20,000 nucleotides of DNA from an uncultured virus (IMG/VR IMGVR_UViG_3300037497_000123) (lineage: Duplodnaviria; Heunggongvirae; Uroviricota; Caudoviricetes). Position 1 is the first letter of the stretch; every line of letters starts with the position of its first letter. Location of the stretch: the IMG/VR virus record IMGVR_UViG_3300037497_000123. One strand, given 5' to 3'. The notes under the pieces were generated by a model. The model ran no database searches and was not told the DNA's origin. It saw only the letters and a list, made by a program, of their open reading frames with translations. Shown piece after piece: positions 7,310 to 15,705 of the stretch. Made by a program: the position numbers and the translations under genes.

Positions 7310-10300
7310 TGGCAATCTGGACAGCGAAACGAGAAGCAAGTTACGTCCATTCTGTAGATTCGTGGGACAGTCCGTTCACGCCACTTGAGACAGACGTGGC
7401 GTCGTATGGGCTGCGCGTAGATGTCGTGGAACCGCATGCAAGCTACGCCTGGACCACGGGGTTTCTCACGAATGTGAAGGCGGCTTCCGCCTCCGCATTG
7501 TTTGGGGTGTTCACGGATACCACGAAATCCACACGGCTTATCCTCGATGGGCGGGCTCCAAACCTTGTGGAATACTGGAGTGCTGGCACTCCCAATTGGT
7601 ATGGGGGAAGTCAGCGGGGTCGGGTGGCTCTGCACTGGCGCGGGTTCATTAGGCCGGCGGCCGGTCGCGGTTGGTTTGATACGGCCAGCTCGGTCACCCT
7701 GTCCCTCGCATTTGCGGGGCAGGGGTTTGTGCGGTGCACCAAGACCATTAGTGCCACGACAACGGACTTGCAGATCAACTCCGCCAATGGGTACCAACTG
7801 TCGGAGCAAGATTGGATCGATCAGGGCTATCGATTCACCTCCACGGTGACGCTGGCGCCGGGAGATTCGATCGATGTGTATTACTTGCAAGACAAGGAAA
7901 CTTGGGGCGGCCTCACTGCGAAAGTGGTATCGGGGTCTACTCAAACCAATGCCTTGGCGGCCGCCGGACCGGTGCTGGGTTGTGGGCTGTTTGACACAGG
8001 AACACAGCCTCCCAAGAAGTCCTGGAAGCATGTGCAGGACATGCAGGTAGTTGTGGACGCTGGGCAGGCATCGCAAGCCACCTTAAGTATTCCACTAGTC
8101 AATCCTGCGGTAGGCAAACATGATGGGTTTGGGTGGGAGTGGCGCCAAGACAATACGGATGATCCGGGCTACCTAGCACTCTGGGATGGGGGTGTCGAGC
8201 AGTTCACGATTCGTCGCGGGCGTCTGATTCGGGTGCGCGCGGGCTATGCGGACGCGGACAACACACCGTTGTTCACAGATGCCTTTTCAGACCTCGATGG
8301 CACACTCCTGCAGAACCACACCGCTCATGGCATGGCGTGGAGTAAGCACACATCGTACTCGGGAGGAAGTGCAGAAGTGTCGGCGACGGGTCGCATTTTT
8401 GCGGCAACGGTCACGGCTCTCTACACCAACAATTTGTACCTTCCCTCGGCCGATTATGAAGTGCGAGCCGATTTTGTGCCGCGCACCTCTACCACTGATC
8501 AAACGGGACTTGTGGGGCGGTGTTCGACTAGTGCCGATACGATGTACATGCTTCGGTATCACGGAGGTTTGGGAAGTTGGGACTTGCTCAAGTTCGTGGC
8601 GGGAACGGCCACCACACTAGGGTCTTACTCCCAATCGCTCACGGTGGATCAGGCCTACGCGATTCGGTTGCGTATGGTGGGGCAAACCATCAGCGCTTTC
8701 GTGGATGGGGTTGAACGCATTACGGCCACGGATTCAGCAATTACAACGGCTGGAGTAGCGGGAGTGCGTTTTGCTGGGGGCGCGGGCACGGATACGACCG
8801 GCCAACATCTTGACAATTTCCAAGTGTGGGCGGTTGCCGGTGATCAACAGGAAACGATCATCACGGGGATCCTTCAGGATATTCCGAAGCCGAAGGATGG
8901 GAAGGCACAGGTTCGTGTCATTGGATTTGAACATCGCTTGATCGAGGCCCGTAATCGACTCGAGCCGGATCCCGTGAGCTACATGACCTTTGGGTACCGA
9001 AAGATCACTGGGATTTCGGAGCCGGTCTATGGAGTGACTGCCTACGACTTCTGGACGATCGAGAACGCGGTCGCCGATTCGGCATATCGGTCGGGAATCG
9101 ACGCGTCTCGCCTACGACAACCCCTCAAGATTCGGCAAAGCGACGGTTCCTACACCACGGTGAACTTCTCCGGCACGTCGGTGGCCAAGGGGACGTGGAG
9201 TTCCAGCGGGGTCGTTTTGTATGGCCCGGCGGCAGCCTGTGGAGACGGGATCACTACGGTGGCGGCATGGCATACGGATAGTGGAGTACCGGGCGCTTAT
9301 GTGCAGGTGGACCTCGGGGTTGGGATGCTCGTGGACACGTGTAGCATTTGGAAAACATCAGCTTCCGCCTACGCGGGTGTTTACAAGGTTCGGTATTCTG
9401 GGGATGGGGCTACCTGGACGGACGTGGCTACCGGCATCAATCCCACCGGTTCGGGTGCCAACACCGTGACGTTTGCGGCTGTGAGTGCTCGATACTGGAG
9501 GATTGAACTTACGAACACACCAGGAGGCGGGGATTCGCTAAGTGAAGTGCAGTTCAATCTTGTCGGTTCCAATTTCCTCAAGTTCCGGGCGCGGTCGGTG
9601 GCCGGCACTCCCCTGACTCTTGAGCACGCCATTCACTATGGCAATGTGGGAACGCTGTTTACGGAAGTCAAACCCCTCGATGACCCTTATTTGTTCACAC
9701 CGGAATCTCGGGACGATTCCTGGTCTCGGGTCATGGAAATTGCGGATCGATATGGCTACGATGCTCGATTTGATGCTGTAGGAGATTTCGTGTTGGCATC
9801 GCGAGCTAATGCGGCCTATGCATATGATACGGGCATCGGGGATTCTGTGCAAGCAAGCACTCGCAAAACTCGCCCGTCAGCCTACAAGGGCACCTACATC
9901 GAATGGGCGGTAGCACCAACGATCACGAAACAAGTTCGCGGAGCTCGGATTGACGTGTCATTGCCTCGAGGTGCGGGGCTTGGCTCCTGGGCTTCTATTA
10001 CTGTGACGCGCGCGTCTACGGGTGCAACTGTAGGCACGCGCACGGCGGTCGATGTAGCCACTGGAGTGACTTCCGATGTGTACTACTACGATTATCGCAG
10101 TAGCACGTCCGGAGCGAACGCGACCATTCTCACACTGTATGTGGGGGATTTTGATACATACAACGTCACGTTTGTAGGCACCGGAGCTACGACGAGGCGC
10201 CTCGATACCCTGTTTGTGTACCACAAAGATCCGCTTGGCATTGTAAGCTCGGAAGGCCCGGCGTGGTCGGGAGTTGCCTACGCGCTCACGACAGCAGAGA

Positions 10301-13300
10301 ACGCCCTCACTGTCGATGCGCAGGATGCCGGCGACGACATGCGCAACAGTGTGTTGGTGGTCGGCCAGCGGAAAGCGACCGTCACGGATTCGGAGAAGTT
10401 CAAGACCAACCCAAACAACCCAGATCCAGAGTTTATCGTGGAACTGGCGGTGGACGCGGCCTCGATTTCGGATCCCACGGCCAAGAACTACGTGGGTATG
10501 CGGCGGGAAGCGGTCATCATTGACCCCAAGATTACGGACCAGGATTATGCGGCGTACCTAGCGCGCACAGCGGTCTATCGTTATCGGACGCCTCGGCCGC
10601 CGGCGGACATTACACACACCTTGATTGCCGAACTTAATCAACGGGTGTGCTTGTCCGTGGCCGAAGTCACGTACCAGTCCGTGAGAGCCACGACGAATTT
10701 GTGGGTAACGGGGTATACACACACTGTGGGTGTAGACGGTCATTTCGAGACCGCGATTCGAACTGCTGCCTGGCCGGAGTTCCCAAGCTATGAGCCACGG
10801 GCCGACATCGATATTGATGCGGATTTCGGCAGCTCCCCCATTGCGAATGTGGAAGTCCGGTACACGGGATGTTCGAACATGGCCCAAGTCAATTTGTCGG
10901 ATACAGGGGTGGTGAAAGATTCGGTAGACATGGAGGATATTGTGTCCGTGGCCGGCGTGGCGGTATCGGCGGCAAGTCCTCCTGATCCGGAATTTCTCAG
11001 CTTGTCCACGAGTCCGTGGCCTCCGGTTCCCGGCACACTCTCCATTTTCCCGAGTGCAGGAGGGTTTACTGGTGGAGTCATAGAAGACTATGGCCCCTAC
11101 GAGTGGAATGGTGCGCTTCCGAAAACCTCATTTCGGCTCCAGGGTACCGCAAAACAGCTTTACTCTGTGTCAGTGCTGTTGTTCAACGGGACAGAAGTTT
11201 GGACAAAGTTGCCGTATTTCACGGGGACGTTGGGGCCTGACGGAGAGGAGAACTGGCAGGTTACATATACCGTAAATGCAACTCCCGACAAGATTGTACA
11301 AATCTCGACATCGGGAACGGCGACGAGCGGAACAGCCACGTCGATTACGAATGGTGGGGCGAATTTCCCAGGTCTTGGAGTAACGGCGACGAACTGGACG
11401 GTTCGCATTACCGCAGGTACTGGGGCTGGGCAAGTGCGTACGGTGGCAGGACTCACGGGAATCTCGACAATTCGGGTAACTACGCCCTGGAATGTGACTC
11501 CCGATAGTACGTCAGTGTACACCGTGGCGCTCGGAGAAGTGACCTACGATGATGAAGAAAACCTGCTCACAGTCAGGGTCAATCCGATTCCTGGAACGTT
11601 TATCTCCACGAAGATTCGGGTCAACTATGACAAGTACGCATCACGGTTCGGTCGAAAAGCCCGAACAAACTCTCCATACCACCACTTTGTAAACATCGAT
11701 CACCGGGATGCCAACCGGAAGGTCTATTTGCCGTGGCAACAGGGGGATGGCACGAGTGTGTACAAGCGGGAAACTGCAGTCACCGGTTACGATGTCAAAT
11801 ACCGGAAACTGGGATTGGTGGATTCTGCGGGCACATATGTCTCGACCTACGGTAATGGGTCTCCGTTCTATGATGTCACCACGAGTGAACTCGGGTATCT
11901 CGCTTCCCTGTCGTTTGATGCCCTAGTGTCGGGGCAGTTCCGAATTTCGGTGTGCAGTGTGTATGACAACACCGTGGTTGCTTATCTCACAGAACCGACA
12001 GCGGACCCCAAGGAACCCGAGGCCCATTGGCAATACCTCACTGCGGGATCGGCCCGGTCCTTCAATTGGGATGGCGTGGATCAGGTGGGAGCATGGAATC
12101 GGCGCCAGTCTGAAGAGTATGCGTCGTTGTCGCAGGGATGGTTTGAAGACGAAGAGAAACAGGTGATTGGGGCCGGTTGGTATGTGTGGAATCGGGAACG
12201 GGAGGGCGGCGGCTGGGCACGACTTGCCCTCATTGCAGATGAGCGGGATTCGAACACGGGTGTTCCCGTGTATGGGCAGGGCACCTATGCCGCGTGGTAC
12301 TTCAAGGTTGAATGTCGTAATGACACTTTGGGTGCCGTTTGGGAACTCGAGTCCAGTAAGAACGATCTCAAGAAGCAACTGCCTCGGGTAGTCAAGACTC
12401 TCAGGCCAGGGGTGGCTGATATTGTGCCCACCTACACCACCAACAACGTGGTGCAGGTGTCCGATGTGTTCGCTGGATCGCCGGGCACTTTGTTGTCGGC
12501 ACATTCACCAGAGACGGGCGGCTCGTGGTTCAAGAACTTCCTCCAAGGCGCCGGCGACGACCTCGAAATTTCGTCAGCAAATCGGTTGCGTAGAAATGCG
12601 TCAAACACCACGCGCTGTGCGTACTACAACTCGGCTCCTCTCAATTCCGACTACTCGGTTCAAGCTGTTGTGCGGAGAATAGACGCGATAAACATGAATG
12701 TGGGCGTTACCGCACGGGGAGCTACCACCTTGGTGGATACGTATTACTGGTTCTGTCATGTAGGCAGCACGAACACTTGGGAACTGATTCGTCAGGTTGC
12801 AGGCACCCAAACCGTTCTAGGCACCTACGCCTCCGCGATGTCGATTGGGCAGGACTACACCATGCGCCTCGACGTAGTGGGCAGTTCCATCCGGGCCTTC
12901 ATTGACGGAGTCGAGCGTATCACGGCCACTGACTCTGTTCTTGTGTCTGGGGTAGCCGGTGTCTGCTTTTCTGCTGCGAGTGGCGGTAGCAGTTCGGATA
13001 CGACCACCATTCACATGGACAATTTTCAGGTTACGCGACTGACCGTGTCGGCAGTGGTGTACACTCACATGCCGAAGCCGACTCAACTGGAACTTGAGGT
13101 AGCAGATTGGATTGATACGGTAGGGTTTGATCCGAGCAATGCAGAGCATCTGTCCAACGAGGCCCACTGGCAGGCACCATGGTATGATCGGAATTTGGCA
13201 TTAGCGGGTCCGATCACTCGAGACACGTTCACAGATACCGACAACGTGTTGCTCTCGGCGCATACGGCAGATGACGGATCAACGTGGACATCGCACCCGT

Positions 13301-15705
13301 CCTCTACGGGAACGGTTCAAATCTCCAATCAGAATCGCATCCATAACAGCGGTGTTACCGTGGGGGTGTACTACTCCTCAGGGGTGCCCGTCTCTGCGGA
13401 TTACTCGGTAGCCTGTACTTTGCACGCGAAAGATGCAACGGGGATAACAGGTGTGTTGGGACGCATGGATACGTCGGCAACGACGTTTTACGCGGCGCGG
13501 TACAGTTACTCCACGGTCAAGTGGGAGTTGTACAAGTTTGTCGCAGGGACAGCAACCCTGTTGGGAGACTTTGCTCAAACAATCTCGATCGGTGTGGACT
13601 ACGCGCTTCGCCTAGAGATGCGCGGAACATCAATCAAGTTGTTTGTGGACGGTGCGGAAAGAGTTGCTGCTACTGATTCTGCTATTACGGCAGTGGGACG
13701 ACCCGGAGTTCGGTTTCTTAGCGCGACGGGAACTGACACCACGGGATTGCATCTCGACAACTTCCACGCAACTAATGCAAATACGTATGAGGGGTTGCTT
13801 GGAAATCAGAAGCCGGTGCGGCTTCGAGTTCGGGCAGTGCCTCGTGCAGGAGCGTTGTGGACGGGGCGAGAAGGAGACCAGGCGGTCAAACTGACTCGGC
13901 ATGTTCACCTCAAGGCCCTGGTCCACGATCAGTTTGTGGTAGGTGAAGGGTCTGTGTGGCCCAATACGACGACGGAACAGCGTTCGGTGTACACACGCCG
14001 CCTGCATAACGATGATCACACCGTCACGTTCGTGGATCAAGGGTGGCGGGCAGCACGCACACTTAAGAATTCAACGACGTCGGGATCAACTGAGTGGGTG
14101 TTCCGCCCCCAGGACTTCAAGAAAAACTTCCGGGGGATTGAAAATGAACCCTTGCAGTTTGGGGATTACTTGCAGCTCGATGAAGTCCCAAAGTGGGAGC
14201 AGCATCGGACGGTTGCGAGTGCACACTCCCGGCTCAATCTCGCGTTCGCGGCCTATGTGTTCTACTGCAGTGTGTATGGGGTAGATCGCTCTGGCCGACG
14301 AGTGTGGGCGGTCAATCGCTCGTTCATGGATCAGTCAAAGATCCCAAACAATGCGTACGCCCATTGGTGGGACCCCGCGAGTGTTACAACGCCCTTTGCG
14401 TACTCGACGTCCTCAACGTTCAAAGCGGACTTGGTTTTGAACCCGGTTCGCCATCAGCGGCGGTCGGTGGTGTGCCGGCAGTGGACGGATGACCCCACCA
14501 TTGTCCTAACCACACCGGAGCGAACGTGGATTACGGACCAAACCACTCGGTATGGGTTGACCGCGTTGGGCGTGAAGTTTTTGCGCCATCGGTGGCAGGA
14601 CCACGAGGTCACGAGCTCCACGCTCAATGGCACTGCGTGGGACGTGCTTGATACGGACAACTACTCGGCGTGGAGTCTTGCATCGGCTCGGGCGCAGTTG
14701 CCGGTGGGATTCACGGCACTGACTCGAGCGCTGGGGCCTGGGGGTACTGCAACGCCCACAACGAGGCTTGGAAACAACGTGGCGGGGGACCACTCCTGGA
14801 CGTGGGAATCGGATCCCTGTTGGGTGCCGTGTGTGACTCGAGATTGGCATCCGTACTTCTATGTACCCCCGATGCCGGATGCTGTAGATGAAGCGGGTCT
14901 TCTAGCGGCCTCGATTGTCGCGAATCGGTATGCAATAGTGGATTTCAGACAAAGGACTAATGCTCCTGCCGGTGGATTCAACGGACGAGACGTTGCGGCA
15001 AGTCCTACATGGTTTAGTTGGGCACGGGATAACTCACGGGCCTACGATAGCGCGACCAGCGGGAAGGTGCGATTTGATATGTCGCTCGGAAGTCCTGCCA
15101 AGAAAACCGATCCAGGAACAGCGACGGCACTCAAGACGGGGGTTGGTGGCGTAGAAGCAGACTCTCTCGACTATGTTCGCCAGGATGACACACTGCATTT
15201 TGAGGATTTGCGAGGGCTGTTCTCGCGAGGCCCTCGGCCGGGAGAGTTAGTCAAGAAAATCACGGCAATTCGACCCTACTACATCAACCAATTTTCATAT
15301 GACCAGATGTTGGTACGGCCGGCACGCTTCCAGGGAACGGGAGTGGAACTTCCGAACTACGCGGTTCGAGTAGCAGAGTGGTTCCGCATTGGATTTCGAT
15401 CAGAATACCTCTGGGAATCTTCGACATTGTTTCCGGTCAAACTACGGGGACAAGAGCGGATCGATGCAGTGAATGCATGGCAAGCCCGGTTTATTGGCCG
15501 AGAGTCTGCGTTGGGATCCCAGGAAGTCCTGTATGACCCCGGTGCTTGGGTAGGGTGGAAGGATGATTCCTTCACGTCGTTTTACCAAAGCAATGTGTTT
15601 GAAATGGGCTACATGCTGTTCGATATCGGTCCTCGACGCGGTTCTACAACGGAGTTGTATTTCCACATGACGTTGATAAACGAGCGACGGAAGGTGCCTG
15701 TCTAA
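7309..15705 (+). CDS. Giant multidomain baseplate hub/Tal-like tail protein (2798 aa) with carbohydrate-binding-like inserts
   Basis: Hub-like motifs occur in order: ASQATLSI, GRLIRVRAGY...IITGILQD, WSRVMEIADRYGYDARFDAVGDFVL, MRNSVLVVG, YVGMRREAVIIDPKITDQDYAAYLA, LWVTGYTHTV (~8030-10770). It also holds three ConA-like repeats, an F5/8C domain and a FlgD-Ig-like segment. The start overlaps the upstream stop (TAATG). Confidence 0.8.
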   Translation: MAIWTAKREASYVHSVDSWDSPFTPLETDVASYGLRVDVVEPHASYAWTTGFLTNVKAASASALFGVFTDTTKSTRLILDGRAPNLVEYWSAGTPNWYGGSQRGRVALHWRGFIRPAAGRGWFDTASSVTLSLAFAGQGFVRCTKTISATTTDLQINSANGYQLSEQDWIDQGYRFTSTVTLAPGDSIDVYYLQDKETWGGLTAKVVSGSTQTNALAAAGPVLGCGLFDTGTQPPKKSWKHVQDMQVVVDAGQASQATLSIPLVNPAVGKHDGFGWEWRQDNTDDPGYLALWDGGVEQFTIRRGRLIRVRAGYADADNTPLFTDAFSDLDGTLLQNHTAHGMAWSKHTSYSGGSAEVSATGRIFAATVTALYTNNLYLPSADYEVRADFVPRTSTTDQTGLVGRCSTSADTMYMLRYHGGLGSWDLLKFVAGTATTLGSYSQSLTVDQAYAIRLRMVGQTISAFVDGVERITATDSAITTAGVAGVRFAGGAGTDTTGQHLDNFQVWAVAGDQQETIITGILQDIPKPKDGKAQVRVIGFEHRLIEARNRLEPDPVSYMTFGYRKITGISEPVYGVTAYDFWTIENAVADSAYRSGIDASRLRQPLKIRQSDGSYTTVNFSGTSVAKGTWSSSGVVLYGPAAACGDGITTVAAWHTDSGVPGAYVQVDLGVGMLVDTCSIWKTSASAYAGVYKVRYSGDGATWTDVATGINPTGSGANTVTFAAVSARYWRIELTNTPGGGDSLSEVQFNLVGSNFLKFRARSVAGTPLTLEHAIHYGNVGTLFTEVKPLDDPYLFTPESRDDSWSRVMEIADRYGYDARFDAVGDFVLASRANAAYAYDTGIGDSVQASTRKTRPSAYKGTYIEWAVAPTITKQVRGARIDVSLPRGAGLGSWASITVTRASTGATVGTRTAVDVATGVTSDVYYYDYRSSTSGANATILTLYVGDFDTYNVTFVGTGATTRRLDTLFVYHKDPLGIVSSEGPAWSGVAYALTTAENALTVDAQDAGDDMRNSVLVVGQRKATVTDSEKFKTNPNNPDPEFIVELAVDAASISDPTAKNYVGMRREAVIIDPKITDQDYAAYLARTAVYRYRTPRPPADITHTLIAELNQRVCLSVAEVTYQSVRATTNLWVTGYTHTVGVDGHFETAIRTAAWPEFPSYEPRADIDIDADFGSSPIANVEVRYTGCSNMAQVNLSDTGVVKDSVDMEDIVSVAGVAVSAASPPDPEFLSLSTSPWPPVPGTLSIFPSAGGFTGGVIEDYGPYEWNGALPKTSFRLQGTAKQLYSVSVLLFNGTEVWTKLPYFTGTLGPDGEENWQVTYTVNATPDKIVQISTSGTATSGTATSITNGGANFPGLGVTATNWTVRITAGTGAGQVRTVAGLTGISTIRVTTPWNVTPDSTSVYTVALGEVTYDDEENLLTVRVNPIPGTFISTKIRVNYDKYASRFGRKARTNSPYHHFVNIDHRDANRKVYLPWQQGDGTSVYKRETAVTGYDVKYRKLGLVDSAGTYVSTYGNGSPFYDVTTSELGYLASLSFDALVSGQFRISVCSVYDNTVVAYLTEPTADPKEPEAHWQYLTAGSARSFNWDGVDQVGAWNRRQSEEYASLSQGWFEDEEKQVIGAGWYVWNREREGGGWARLALIADERDSNTGVPVYGQGTYAAWYFKVECRNDTLGAVWELESSKNDLKKQLPRVVKTLRPGVADIVPTYTTNNVVQVSDVFAGSPGTLLSAHSPETGGSWFKNFLQGAGDDLEISSANRLRRNASNTTRCAYYNSAPLNSDYSVQAVVRRIDAINMNVGVTARGATTLVDTYYWFCHVGSTNTWELIRQVAGTQTVLGTYASAMSIGQDYTMRLDVVGSSIRAFIDGVERITATDSVLVSGVAGVCFSAASGGSSSDTTTIHMDNFQVTRLTVSAVVYTHMPKPTQLELEVADWIDTVGFDPSNAEHLSNEAHWQAPWYDRNLALAGPITRDTFTDTDNVLLSAHTADDGSTWTSHPSSTGTVQISNQNRIHNSGVTVGVYYSSGVPVSADYSVACTLHAKDATGITGVLGRMDTSATTFYAARYSYSTVKWELYKFVAGTATLLGDFAQTISIGVDYALRLEMRGTSIKLFVDGAERVAATDSAITAVGRPGVRFLSATGTDTTGLHLDNFHATNANTYEGLLGNQKPVRLRVRAVPRAGALWTGREGDQAVKLTRHVHLKALVHDQFVVGEGSVWPNTTTEQRSVYTRRLHNDDHTVTFVDQGWRAARTLKNSTTSGSTEWVFRPQDFKKNFRGIENEPLQFGDYLQLDEVPKWEQHRTVASAHSRLNLAFAAYVFYCSVYGVDRSGRRVWAVNRSFMDQSKIPNNAYAHWWDPASVTTPFAYSTSSTFKADLVLNPVRHQRRSVVCRQWTDDPTIVLTTPERTWITDQTTRYGLTALGVKFLRHRWQDHEVTSSTLNGTAWDVLDTDNYSAWSLASARAQLPVGFTALTRALGPGGTATPTTRLGNNVAGDHSWTWESDPCWVPCVTRDWHPYFYVPPMPDAVDEAGLLAASIVANRYAIVDFRQRTNAPAGGFNGRDVAASPTWFSWARDNSRAYDSATSGKVRFDMSLGSPAKKTDPGTATALKTGVGGVEADSLDYVRQDDTLHFEDLRGLFSRGPRPGELVKKITAIRPYYINQFSYDQMLVRPARFQGTGVELPNYAVRVAEWFRIGFRSEYLWESSTLFPVKLRGQERIDAVNAWQARFIGRESALGSQEVLYDPGAWVGWKDDSFTSFYQSNVFEMGYMLFDIGPRRGSTTELYFHMTLINERRKVPV
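8269..8826 (+). repeat. ConA/LamG/DUF1080-like beta-sandwich, module A copy 1
   Basis: DAFSDLDGTLLQNH...SADYEV...GLVGR...WDLLKFVAGTATTLGSY...YAIRLRMVGQTISAFVDGVERITATDSAITTAGVAGVRF...HLDNFQV. Confidence 0.8.
9169..9555 (+). other. F5/8 type C (discoidin/CBM32-like) domain
   Basis: ACGDG..AAWHT...YVQVDLG...YKVRYSGDGATWTDV...VTFAAVSARYWRIELT...LSEVQF is the classic F5/8C pattern. Confidence 0.85.
11311..11526 (+). repeat. Module B copy 2 (in the 2798-aa protein)
   Basis: SGTATSGTATSITNGGANF...WTVRITAGTGAGQVRTVAGLTG...TPWNVTPDSTSVYTV. Confidence 0.85.
11902..12186 (+). other. FlgD-type Ig-like segment
   Basis: LSFDALVSGQFRISVCSVYDNTVVAYL...AGSARSFNWDGVDQVG...VIGAGWY resembles the FlgD_ig signature (WDGxDxxG ... 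GxY). Confidence 0.5.
12451..13032 (+). repeat. Module A copy 2
   Basis: DVFAGSPGTLLSAH...SDYSV...GVTAR...WELIRQVAGTQTVLGTY...YTMRLDVVGSSIRAFIDGVERITATDS...HMDNFQV. Confidence 0.8.
13213..13770 (+). repeat. Module A copy 3
   Basis: DTFTDTDNVLLSAH...SADYSV...GVLGR...WELYKFVAGTATLLGDF...YALRLEMRGTSIKLFVDGAERVAATDSAIT...GLHLDNFHA. Confidence 0.8.
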
